Shown: positions 26,728 through 38,231 of the stretch, piece after piece
How positions within the stretch are numbered: the first letter of the stretch is position 1
How the letters are laid out: each line of letters starts with the position of its first letter
Assembly (NCBI GenBank): GCA_017499595.2
Contig: CM038998.1
Span: forward strand, 4,526,001-4,590,000
Direction of reading: 5' to 3'
DNA: 64,000 bases
Source: Psilocybe cubensis
Lineage: Eukaryota
Translations under genes and position numbers: made by a program
The notes under the pieces: generated by a model
The model's database searches: none
Told to the model about the DNA's origin: nothing
Seen by the model: only the letters and a program-made list of their open reading frames with translations

Positions 26728-29700
26728 CTTTTGGTGGTGGGAGCATATTGGAGTTCCATTTACATTTCCAGATACTTCCAACAATCGGTTTCAATCCTAT
26801 TGCGATGCATCTGCTGCACTTTTTTTGTATAAAGAAGAGTTCAAGCTGTTTTTGGAAAATCTCCGTGTCAACAAACAAAACTCAACACTCAACCATATGG
26901 AAACCAATCTTATGAATGCTCTCAACTGTTCTTCTACCGATAGCAAGCTTGCAGTTTTAGCAATCTATGCTGAATGTGTTTCTTATCCTTACATGAAGGC
27001 TATCCGAGCTTCAAATGCACAGAGCCAGAATATGCTTGATCTTGGCCCTCTTCATTCTCAAGTTTACAATCATTTGCAGAAACTTATCAAAAATCCCAAA
27101 ATCCTTACTATTGATCTGGACCCTTTAACTTCATACAAATCAGCAACACTCAATGGAGATGAATGGCAAAATATTGATGTTTTGCACAAAATTAAATCTC
27201 TTCTTCCTGATCTGCCTCACTTTGAGGAGCTTCTTGTTGCATTTCTTGAGGGTGCTGCTGAAACTTGGGATCGGTTTACATCCGAATTTGCACCAGGAGG
27301 CTTGATTGATGAATCAACTGCAGAAGAAAAGCAGCTTGCATGGATGCCAGCAACAAATGATGAAAATGAAGGTGCACTTGGTGCATTTAGGGTTCTTATG
27401 CGGCACCAACCCCAGCTTACTCTTTTGGATCATAACGCAATATCAATGTATTTTCGTAATCAAACTCAGTCATTTGTTGCTGCCAAATTTACAAAAGAAG
27501 AAGACTACCAGTATATTCGAAATCTAGCACGGAATTCAGGAGAGGAAGAAAGAAAGAGACGTAAAGACCTTGTTGATTTCCGCAACACACGTCAGAAACA
27601 GAAAACCAAGCGAAAAGAAACTCGAGAGCAAAATGCCAAAGATACAGCGGCACGACTTCAGCAGCTAAATCTTATTTTAGACAAGACCAAGATTTGTGGG
27701 CTAAAAGGAAAAAGTCTTACTGATCAGCTCAAGCTCTTTAAACAAGCTGGTGCTCCAAATATGCAATCTGGTCGCCTTCCTACCCGTGTTAATGATATCC
27801 GTGAAATATTAATCAAGGCAATTGATTTGATGGTTGATGGCACTTGGATTATTGAGGAAGAGGAGGAAGAGAGCGAAGAAGACATGGATGAAGAGGAAGA
27901 ATGGGAAGATGATGATGGAAGTGATACTTAAACTATCACAACAAGTTCCCAATTATGTGTAGTATACTGCAGATCTGTTCATGTATATTGAAGTTTTTGT
28001 AAACATTTGACAGGAAAATTATACAAAAAAATGTTGGTTATGGGTATATATCTAGTTCTATTAGTTTCAAATGTTATTGCATATAAACGAGACAATGTTA
28101 ACTTGATAATCTTCAAGGCAATCATCAAAGATAACATCATTTTCATAAATTGTGCTATCATGTACGCATTTTTGACGTTTTGGCATATCTTATGCTACAG
28201 AATTATTCTCTATATTTTATGACACATATTCAGTGCAAAAAGTTTGGGAGAAAACGGTTGGAAACACATGAAATAGCAGTGTCTCAAGCAAATCTCAAGA
28301 TATGTGATGCTCTCGCGCGTGTGACGTGACGTCACGCGGCGAACCGGCCATCAGGGATTGTGCAACTCCACATTGAGCACTGGCCACTTTGGTCAAGAGA
28401 TGGTCATTTTGAATAATGTTTTCCATGCATTGAATGTATTTTGGGGAAGAAATAATGCACTAACACTTGCAAATTATGCTTGAAATATGTTTCCACACAG
28501 CCAATTGTGTTTACAGCAACATCAAACTATGCCAAAAAGAAATATGCGCACCAAACAAATGTTTTTGCACACAATATTGTTTCACTCTTGATGCACTTTT
28601 CAAAAATAAGAAAATTATATTTATGGGAAATATGTCCCCACTTTGGCAGCCATACACATGAGCATTCTTCCATCAGTTTTCCATACGGGATTCTCCCAGC
28701 AGATTTGGAATTCTTCAATATTTAGCAGGTATGAAAATTATAATAGACAAGTTCTTCCTTACAATTAGGCCTTATAACCTGTGCAGCTATTTTTTGTGTC
28801 TGACACAACTAAGCTTGTAGTAGACCTAAGACATAGTAATTAATCATAACCTTGCCCAGTATCTGGCTGTACATTCAGAACATATTAATATATATTAACT
28901 ATGTTATATAAATCTAGATTAAAAAATATTTTATACAATTGTGAGATGTAAAGTCTTGTCATGCCACGCTTTGCGTTGGACCACTAAAACAAGTAAAATG
29001 CAAAACGGTGGAACCTGAAATAACCAGGCCAGTCTTGAACTGGAGAAGACGAAACAGCAAATGTTCATTGGGTTTGAAGATAGGAGCAAATAAATTTTTG
29101 GGACGGAAGGCGCGGCGCATATAGCCCGAAATGCGGTTGTTTAGCTCCTTGCAAGTCCAAGAGAAACGGTAGAGGGTTTTCAGATCCATCTGATCCATGT
29201 ACACATCGTCCATGGGAGGCGGAAAGACTCTAAAAAATAAGTAATAACCAAATGAGATAAAACAGTGAACATACTGTTGGAAACGGGGGGATAACGCGGA
29301 AGCCATGGGTAAAACAGTGCGGAGAAAAGTGCATTGTCTATACTACGTCAATAAATATATTAACTGTAAGCCGATAGACGCCCGACGTAGGGGAAGAACA
29401 ATTGGTATGCGTGAGAAACGATCATGAATCAGAAAATCAAATTCAAATAGTACAGAACGCCCAGAACCCAAGAACGCGTAATTATTTCTATTTGAACTCT
29501 GATTGATGAAGCTACCAATATCAAGGAACGTGTGTGCCTGCACAGTTCTATTTCCAACCTTTCAGACCCATAGTTCAAAGAGTGCATTTGTTCCATCTCT
29601 AAGTATTAGTACAATATATAAGCACGTTGGCTAGACGGTTCCACATGGTTTTAAAAATTAAACAACAACGCAAAAAAGTGAATTGAGTAGGACTATTGTT

Positions 29701-32406
29701 GTTGGGTATAATTAATTTTATGGAAACGCACATTCACATTGCGATCAAAACAAATCAAAAACAACCTTTAAAGTAACCAATGGTAAAAAGAAGTCGTAGA
29801 ATGAATTGGAAAGGGGTTGCTTAGGGGGTCCGGTGACCGCTTAAGGAAAATACCGATAGCGGTAACGACATTGATCGCATCAATAATATTTTGATGGGGA
29901 CAATTGGCGAGGACATTTTTGCTCGCTGGGTTGTGGGGATAAAAGAACTCATCTTTACTTACGTAAAGACTCGTAATGTAGTTGGGTTCAAGCAAAATTG
30001 CGATTTATATGTATGGGGATAGAAGTTTATACTTTGGCATTAAATGTGCAAACGGACAGCCATAAAGATCCTCCGTTCCTTGGTCCGATCATACAGAATA
30101 TTGTGAACCTTTTCGCCCTTTGTAGTCTCCGGATATCCGTCGACTGTAAGTTTGCGTGGTTTATCTAAGAGAGAATTGGCTTCATCCACTTTAAAGAAAA
30201 ATGGAGATATCCCAGTCAACAACCAACCAGTCAAACCATGTCATTGGTCAAAAACAAATTTGGCAACTTACACCATTCTTGCCAAACATACCCGCCTGGA
30301 AAAAAAGAAGTACGAGTTATAATTAGATCATTTTTTTAAGTCAGATATAGGTTCAAGGCGAGGGGGATGGAAAGTGACTAACCGGCTGAAGTTATAATTC
30401 GCTCTCCTCCCGCATCTGGCTTTTCCAACGCGAGCACATGGGCAAGGGCGACGTCCCGCACGTCCGCCCACGCATTGGACTCGGCTATTAAAAATGCTTT
30501 TGATTCAGGGGGTTCAGAGAGCACGGCGTTGTACCAGAACGCTAGAGAGAAATTCAGAGACGACGGTGAGGGGATGTCGTGGATGGGCGGCTGCGATATT
30601 GGGGATAAGTAAGTCTGGGTCTGTGGCTATTCATAAAGAAGTGGTGGAGCTCACCCCGTACACCTTGCGACACGGCATCCGTTGGTCAATTTGTGTATAT
30701 CCTGAGGCATGGAAAGGAACTTACGAATGGCGGGGTAATAACACAGAGATCCCAGCCGCTACTATCTTTATGTTTTTCGTGGAACTCCCATGCCGCTGTA
30801 AATTAAAAAAGAAAGCCATTAAGTATTGCCGTGTAGGGCATGATAGGCCAAATCATTTAAAAGGCGACCTACCCCTTTCCGATAGCGTTTTCGATGCACA
30901 GTAGACTGATAGAGGCGGGGCGTCTTTGCCTTTCTCTTTGACGATTTCGGGATGCACGATATCCCAGTCAAGCTCGCTGTATACCGTCGGCTTCTCGGTT
31001 ACTGGGGGCAACACCGCCGCACAAGAGGAAGTGACGACGATACGCTTTACTTGTTTCCTATAATCATGACACCGCATGAATAGTGAGTGTTCAAAGATTC
31101 AAGCTCGGGGATACCATAGGTCGCGATTACTCACCCGTACTTTAGCGCGCTCTCCAAGATGCCGACGGTCCCTTGTATAGCGGGTTGTAGAGTCTCTAAT
31201 AAAGATATTTTGTTAGCCGTCGCTGATAATACAGATGAAGAGGACTACCTTCTGGATCGGCGCCAGTTTGTGAATGCACCGGAGAAGCCATGTGTGCAAT
31301 CCCATCGACGTCCTTGACCACCTCATCAAATGCGCCACTCTACCAAGGACGCATTTATCAGTCAGCTATACTCCTGCAGGTTCCGAGGAAATCATCCCAC
31401 CTTGGAAATATCCTCGATAATAGCAAACTCTATCCTATCCCCATATCCAAGCGACGCGAAGTAATCCTTCACAAACTTTGCTTTCGCATCCGCGCGCACT
31501 GTCCCTCGCACAGCGTACCCGCGCTCGAGAAAAATACGCGCTGTCCACATTGCAATGTACCCATTGACACCAGTCACTAGCACTTTCTCTCCCTTTGATA
31601 TGATGGGCATGGTCAGCACGGGTTTCCTTGAGCAAGTCTAAGTCTAACGATTGACGATGGACCAGCACTCCTTTTTGTACGCCAGCAATGGCCGTCTGAC
31701 ACTGGTGTACCGTGTCATCGACGGAAGTTTGGGTACCGGTGAATCATTCTATGCTTGTCACCTAATGAAAACCAGCCTTTCACAAGCATCTCTCTGGCAT
31801 ACAGCAATTACATTGCCGATCAGCGAGTGAAAAAAAATGCAAAGAGGAACGAGTAGGATTGGAGTAGGATGAGGATGAGTAATCAAGGACGATCGTCTTA
31901 CAAATGAAATGTCAGTATCTGAACAACAACAATAGAAACGTGAAACAACCGATAGCACGGTTATTTTTTACCGGGATAGTATGTTTTCTTTTTGTGCCTG
32001 GGGTGCTAGGCGTGGAGGATGGAAGAGAAACTGAAGAGAAACGCGGGCGGCGCGTAAGCGCACAACAGCGCACAACGTGATTTTCTTACATTGGAAATGC
32101 ACGTGACTCTACGCGTCGACGCGTCGACAGTCGCGCGTTACCTCACAAAGCCCCTGAGTATGTTCGCGGGATGAACAAATGAATGGTATGCTTAGATTTC
32201 AGATTTAAATCGTCATGGTAAAGTAACTAATGTCTATAGATTTTATTTTATCGCCGTGTCTATGGACGTCCCACCTCTTCAAAATTGCTGATTGTGCTAT
32301 ATTCAAAGTCGAGAACGAAACAAACAATTAAACGGTATGGAATTTCGCAAGGGACCTAAAGATATACCAGTAGACAGTGTTGATAGAAAGAGGTATCAGG
32401 ATATGA

Positions 32407-33963
32407 TTAAACGCTACATTGTGCATCGTTCTTAGGTTTCAGCCAACCCCTAGCGTCAAAGTAATCCAACATATCACTAATCATCTCCTCGAAGGCGTGA
32501 TACTTCAGCCCTAATATCCTATTTCCCTTTTCAGGGTTGTATATAAAGAGAAGCGACTTTTCGAGCTCAGGATTTCCGCGGGGAAAAACGTCAGAGGAAT
32601 AAAGATCAGGTCTGATGGAGTAAATGAAGTTGCCTATTATTTCATTAGTCAGTGTGATGTCCGAATTAAAGGTGTTGGATGTTAGAGTATAACGACGTAC
32701 GCGTTTCCTGCCAGGTTGTTGCACCTGTGTACACAAGTAGTATTAGTGAGACCGGTGCGTAGTCGAGAGCAACATGGCTGGCTTACCATTCGCGACAATG
32801 ATCCTTTCTCCCCCCGCTGCGTCCTTCTGCAAGGAAACCACGTGTGCAGCTGCGACATCGCGGACGTCGATGTATCCATAAGTCCCCTTGAGTACATCGT
32901 CAGGTTGCTCCAGGGCGATATGTTTCCACCACATCTCCAGGGAAGAGTTTAAATTCTCCGGTGTATCGACCCTTTGGAGAGGTTCCTGAATGTTATCTTA
33001 GTCTCAGTCTCTTCTTCCTTCGATTAACATAAAGTACTCACTCCTACGACCTAGAAGGTCCCCATTATGACGTCAGTACTATAGTTCTCTGATGGAATGG
33101 TGCTACTTACGAGCGGTGGATTAAGAGCGACTAGGTCCCATCCAATGCTACCTTTATGCTCCTTGTAGAAGTCCCAAGCGGCTTAAATGAAGAAGAAGAG
33201 GTTGTCAGAGAGTAACCTTCGTTGATAACGAGCATATACTCACCTCTTTCCGCAAGAACCTTCGAAGCGCGGTACTTTACTATGGCCGGGTTATCCTTGC
33301 CTTTCTCTTTGATGTCCTTGAGGTAGGCATCTGCCCAGTGCGATTCATCGAAAACGGCAGTGGGCTCGGTGACTGGGTTGATTATTGCTCCAGCAGACGA
33401 AGTAAGCACCACGCGTTTAACGTCGCTTCTGCAAAGAGACCGGGTCAGTCGGTGTGAGTGCAGGAAAATAATCTGAAGACGACCTCGTACCCGTATTTGA
33501 GTGCGCTTTGCAGGACTGACAAGGTCCCTTGAACGGCGGGTTTAATAGTCTCTGTTGCAATGCAATCAAATATTACGCATATATCCACGCATAATGAGAA
33601 TACGTACCATCTGGGTCGGGCGCGGAGGAAGGCAGAGGAGAAGCAGTATGTTCAATTGCTTCAACGCCCTTCACCGCCTCGTCGAACGCACCCTCCTGGA
33701 GGATCACAAAATGATTATAGGCCATACTACGACTTTGACCGGTGCTCACAAACCTTGGTGATATCCGGAACAATAGTCCATTCGACCTTGTCTCCGTACT
33801 TTGAAAAATACTCCTTCAAATGCTTTCCCTTCTCCTCGGAGCGTACGGCCCCACGCACTCTATACCCCTGTTCGAGGAGCGTGCGGATAACCCACATGGC
33901 GATATAGCCGTTTGCACCTGTAACAAGTACCCTCGCACCGCTGTTTGCTGGAACCGTAGGCAT
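32407..33963 (-). CDS. Gre2-like NAD(P)-dependent reductase/epimerase (extended SDR), multi-exon
   Basis: VLVTGANGYIA, GAFDEAVKGVEAIEHTASP, LTSS, YRASKVLAER, YIDVRDVAAAH, AGGERII, ILGLKYH...RGW. Confidence 0.9.
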
Positions 33964-35541
33964 TTCTGACTCTGACAACTGAGATTATTGGAGAACGAGT
34001 TGGGAGAAGATAAGATGGGATGGGAAGGTAAGCTTGCGGATGGGTGTTTGGTTTTGGTTCTTGATCGATATTTATAAAGTACCAAAGTACCACATGATTT
34101 TGTGGTGGTTTATTATCGCGCTGGTTATCATTGGATTCTAGTAAATTCTTTCACTTGAAGGTTATATTCACGCCGGTCAAGCTGGGTACGTGTATCTTTG
34201 ATTTTTGATGAAAATTGGAAGTTTACGCTTGCAATTGTGTTGCCCTTTGCCTTGTCTATGATTTGCTCGAAGCTGTTATAATATATGAGAAAATGGGATA
34301 CCTAGTCTATTGTACCCAAGAGCCACATTCAAGAGACTGATAAAACCTCGCCCGCGGTGAACGCGAAGTAGAACTGGAATGGGCTTGAATTTGCATCACC
34401 TTAATTACCAACCTTTCGCATTTCGCAAAGTTTAGACGAGTATCAAGTCAGCCTGTAGTCCTAAAAACATGCCGCATGTGAGATAAACTGTTGAATCTTT
34501 ATATATAATGCAATTCTTATGAATCAAGAGGCGCTTGTCTAGTGAATTAACTCACCTTCAAGAACATGTACATGATGTCCAACCTGAGGCCACTTTTACA
34601 TCTTGTTGGTTTCCATGTTTAATTGTAATATGACTTAAATATGGCCACACTTTGAAGCCGAGTTTTATTTTCTGTCTATCATGTCTTGCAAGTTCTAGAT
34701 GTAGGAGGAGATATCCATATGATAGCGAATCGTACAGAACCATTATACTATAACCCCTGTCTTGTCGATTCTTCTCACGATAGTGATGCAGTTCAATTGG
34801 CCAATGACGGGCCGCTTTCAATCCCTTTCTATTGCATCTCTCAAACTCTATCCTTCAAAACCCGCTGTCAATTCCTTCCGAGCGTCAATGTTGTCCACCA
34901 CCGGCGTCGTTTTGATAAGATAGACGCCCATGGCCTCGAGGAATGGTGTCATGTTACTCGAGAAAACATAATAGGGCGCCACACTTGGAACCAGAATGTG
35001 CGCTGGAACCAGCTAACCGCAAGTCAAGAGACGTCTGAGGTGCGCTGATGGCGTGGGGCTTTACGCAAGTGCTCTGCTCTCTCGCCTCTACCAGTTGATT
35101 GAAATCTGACCTCTCGCCTCCTCTCGCTAGGGTTAGACAGATTTCCCAGGAGAACTTCCTGACATTTGGCAGGGCCGCTGGATGTACAGAAGGTTGTTGG
35201 AAATGCGGGGGTGCATCTGGCGGGCGCTTTCACACTGATACGGGAAGGTGGCCGAACAATGGCAACATTCAAGCCAGATATGGTTGGCTCTGCGCCGATG
35301 TTTCAATGGGTCGGGGAACCAATAGCGGGTCGTGGGATGATGTCGGGGCAATCTCTTTTAGATCACAAGCCTCTGTTCAAGTATCGCACCCGACCAGAAC
35401 GGCAGGACGTCTCTCTCTCTCTCTTTCTGGCGATCATCTTCTTTTTGACACTCGGAGTCAGTCAGCTGTACCGCTTGGGCTTATAAGCTTTCGAGTCTTT
35501 CAAGCGCTGCTTTTCAACTCTCCCCCAAACTAATTTACAAT

Positions 35542-38231
35542 ATGATGTGGGATTTCCGTGGTCGAAGCCAGGAGGACCTGCAGAAAGGTCGAGGACGAAG
35601 TAAATCTCCTCAACCTCCACCAATGAGGATGCCCAGTCCATCGTAAGTTTCTTCCAATAATCCAACCATTATGATATTTTATGCGCGTCATTTTCAGTCT
35701 TCCAATCCCGTATGTTCTTCGCTCATGAATTTATGCATTGACTGGAATCATTGATATTCGTGCTTTCATGCTCTAGACAAGCGAATTCTCATAGCCCAAG
35801 CACCTATAGCTATGGTGTTAACCTGACCCCATCTTACCAGGCCTCACCGACGTTTTACCCACCAGCGCGTTCATGCTCACGATCTCCTTCTCCGTATTCG
35901 CCGCACAGGTAAGCTTGTCCATTGCGGCCCAACACGGTGCTGACTATCTCCTCGGTACTGACAAATACTTATAATCACAACCGCACGTAGGTCTCACGAT
36001 TACGGAGCAATTCCTCGTAGCATCCCAACCACCCAAAACGCTCAATACATTCAACCTACCGCCCAAATCGTCCACGTTATCCACCATTCCTCACACCACC
36101 ACCACCACTCTTCCTCCTCAAAGCACAAACACAAACCGCACCACCACCATAACTATTCGTACTCATACACTCCCGCACCCTCGGCACCCATTACACCGAT
36201 CACACCGTCGACGTCGTACTATTCTGCACCGGTCATCCCGAAGCCTCCGCGTGCGCCGTCGCCGCGGGTTCACTTCCCCACACCGTCGCAGATTGCGACG
36301 TCAGAGCCTTCGATGCTGCATGTACCGCCAAGGGGCCGGGTACACTCACAGCCGACGATGCCTACGTCAGTACACAGACCGGCTGCAGCACCTGTGCAAA
36401 GGCCGGTGCAGCAGACCTCCGCCGGCGGACTTAACCCGCAATTTCAGTACTCAAAATGTACAGGCAGGAAGAAAGCGCTCTGTGTAAGTCGTTTGCGTTT
36501 CCTGATTGTGTTCTTCCGGGATGGATTGATAATTAATGTACTTATTGGTGTTGGCTATGAAGATTGGTATCAATTATAGGGGTCAGCCGAATGAGCTCCG
36601 GGGATGTATAAACGATGCTAAAAATGTTCGGAACTTCTTGATTCGTTAGTGTTTTTCATTTCATTTTGTTCTCTTGAGCGCCGTGGTTGACGCGTCTGCC
36701 GGTTTAGAGCATGGTGGTTACAAAGCGACTGATATAGTCTTGCTCACCGATGACGCTAGAGATCCTAGGTCTATGCCTACACGTGAAAATATTATTGACG
36801 CGATGCGCTGGCTTGTGCGTCATGCCAGAAGAGATGATTCTTTGTTTTTTCATTGTACGTCTAAATTGTCCATTTGAACTCATGGAAATAGCTGATATGT
36901 ACATTGTTAGACTCGGGACATGGGGGCCAAACCAAGGACTTGGACGGTGATGAAATCGACGGCTGGGACGAGGGTACGTATCACTTTTTTCTCATGATCG
37001 CTCGGATCTTCTTGTGCTCTTTGTTATCTATGCTCCGAGTGCGCGCTTACTCAGTGTCCGATGCTCGTAGTTATTTATCCATTGGATTTTAAGACGAGTG
37101 GACATATTGTCGATGACGTAGGTGATTTTCTTGGACTGTTGATTGATTAATTGCTTATTGGTATACTTACGATGCGTAGGAAATGCATGAGATTATGGTA
37201 AGCTCTTTGCAGAGATTAACATTCGAGCGTTGTAGCGTTTAAACTCGTTTCGCAGGTCAAACCGCTACCGTTGGGTTGTCGTCTAACGGTACGGCGTAGC
37301 TTGTATTTTATTGATGAATCTCACTCACTCTCTTGTCAATCTAGGCTCTATTTGACGTAAGTCTTGTCTATCTTTGCGATATCTCAACGTTTTCCAACAC
37401 CCTCAAAGGCGTGCCACTCCGGAACCGTACTAGGTCCATTTTCTTCCCTTTTGTTGCATCCACGCGTGCTGACCCTCGACACTCGAATTAGATCTTCCCT
37501 ACATTGTGAGAGTCCACATCACATCATAGCATATAGGGAAGAAACCACCGACTGACTGACTCCGTGTTCACCTTCGGAATCTAGTACTCTTCACACGGGC
37601 GGCTGAAAGGAAGCCACGTTAGTGCGCGTGCCCGGGCTAGGAAGGCGACCCCCGCCGACGTCGTGAGTGGTTGTTTTCCCCTTTTGCGTTTGCTTTGTGT
37701 TTTAAATGATTGTTGCGTTAGATCTCGTGGTCGGGGTGTAAAGATGGGCAGACTAGCGCGGATACTTTTGCTGGGGGTGTGGCAGTTGGAGCTATGAGTC
37801 ATGTAAGCTTTTTGACTCTTGTTTTACTCTTTTTTATTTTGCTTTCGTTGATGCTTATGCGTTGGATGTATTATCTAGGCGTTCATCCAAGCGCTAAGTG
37901 AGTTTTATCTAGTCGTCTTGTGTTACTGGGACAAAAACTGAGGTGCCCAATAGAAGAGAACCCGAAGCCTTCTTACCAAGAACTGCTTCGCTCTGTAAGG
38001 TGGGTATTAATCTCTTCTTTTCCTTGGCACAGGCTATTACCATTACCACGATCCACCGCGATTGACCAAATGTCCGATTTTAGGATGATTCTCCACCCTC
38101 GGTATAGCCAGAAACCTCAGCTGGGAAGCTCACACCACATTGTAAGTTTTATACGTAACTGCACGCGCTGGCACTTGCTGACTGCTTGACGGTGGCTTTT
38201 GTAGGATACTAGTCTCAGATTTGTTATATAA
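35542..38231 (+). CDS. MCA1: Type I metacaspase (peptidase C14) with Pro/His-rich prodomain, many short exons
   Basis: [84 protein letters not shown]. The start codon is inferred, and orthology to MCA1 is not established. Confidence 0.9.

Larger units (their letters stand above)
18568..27931 (+). pseudogene. DDE-type transposase, 988 aa when rejoined (18568-20335 + 26733-27931), interrupted by the Gypsy element
   Basis: N-terminal coiled coil, then TFSADGTGH, GMNTDHCAKEKK, GCGCHKDLN (CxxH), FPDTSNNRFQSY and PATNDENEGALG, with an acidic tail. No stop after removing the retroelement and one TSD copy. Confidence 0.75.
17603..28360 (+). mobile_element. Formerly autonomous TIR DNA transposon (about 4.36 kb without the Gypsy), superfamily unassigned
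   Basis: 68-bp blocky TIRs at 17603-17670 and 28293-28360 share CAATCCCTGATG, CCGCG, GTCACAC and CATATCTTGAGA. The true ends may be 17607/28356 (CCCTG...CAGGG) with a 2-bp AT TSD. Confidence 0.8.
16645..28993 (+). mobile_element. Second Helitron2/Helentron-like non-autonomous element (inner copy, about 1.6 kb without inserts), opposite orientation
   Basis: 16645-16790 matches the reverse complement of ~29838-29976, and 28948-28993 matches the reverse complement of 14070-14115 (hairpin at 28964-28979). It sits at A|T in the same TAT target with no TSD. Removal restores ...CAT TTT ATC AAT... in frame. Confidence 0.75.
15593..29306 (-). pseudogene. F-box-like + Pol-beta-type nucleotidyltransferase-like gene, split by a 12.3-kb insertion
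   Basis: The 5' part (29306-28994) reads MDLKTLYRFSWTCKEL...LVISGSTVLHF. It continues in frame at 16644 as INCANIWIPGDMDMYVEH...VQLITT...YHSTGVMNF...SLYPNATF...KYHSRG...RVGDRHCW, giving a GS-x14-DxD signature. Confidence 0.75.
14070..29976 (-). mobile_element. Helitron2/Helentron-like non-autonomous element (outer copy, about 3.56 kb without nested inserts) carrying two genes
   Basis: Terminal TTACGAGTCTTTAC (29976-29963) folds into a hairpin (CTTTAC-gtaa-GTAAAG). An asymmetric subterminal inverted copy lies at 14102-14115, followed by the hairpin GCCACCGCGGAGCGTGGC (14083-14100) 13 nt from the end. No TSD. The empty site rebuilds AAG|GTATGT. No Rep/helicase ORF seen. Confidence 0.7.
13071..30064. 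mobile_element. Non-autonomous TIR DNA transposon (about 1.09 kb once nested inserts are removed), TAT...ATA termini, 6-bp TSD; possibly IS3EU-like
   Basis: TATGGCTGTCCGTTTGCACATTTAAT is identical at both ends in inverted orientation, with imperfect similarity to about 65 bp. AAGATC is duplicated at 13065-13070 and 30065-30070. Removal restores the host ORF. Confidence 0.9.
12992..31610 (-). pseudogene. Gre2-like NAD(P)-dependent reductase (extended SDR) with its last exon split by a 17-kb insertion
   Basis: 5' exons at 31610-30065 carry VLVTGVNGYIA, VVTSSCAA, YCASKTLSER and ...DRTKERR. The frame resumes at 13070 as ILGIEYRTLRETTKDSLEYFAKRGW* (TAA 12994-12992). Confidence 0.9.

Noticed and set aside
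14068-28995. Inverted match 14068-14115 / 28948-28995 read as the TIR pair of one element
   Set aside because: No TSD, and the second inverted match (16645 / 29976) shows two nested elements in opposite orientation, each with a restorable empty site.
13071-30064. 17-kb element with TIRs and a 6-bp TSD suggesting a Polinton/Maverick or a Starship-like giant element
   Set aside because: No protein-primed PolB, capsid, packaging ATPase or tyrosine recombinase; about 15.9 kb of the length is nested insertions with their own ends.
32040-32145. Cluster of ACGCGT/CACGTG motifs (similar runs at ~41745-42720)
   Set aside because: Plausible transcription-factor sites, but such short motifs cannot be told from chance or assigned to a gene without conservation data.
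34558-35533. Short ORFs upstream of the metacaspase
   Set aside because: No recognisable domain or consistent splice model; could be a decayed gene but I cannot support it.
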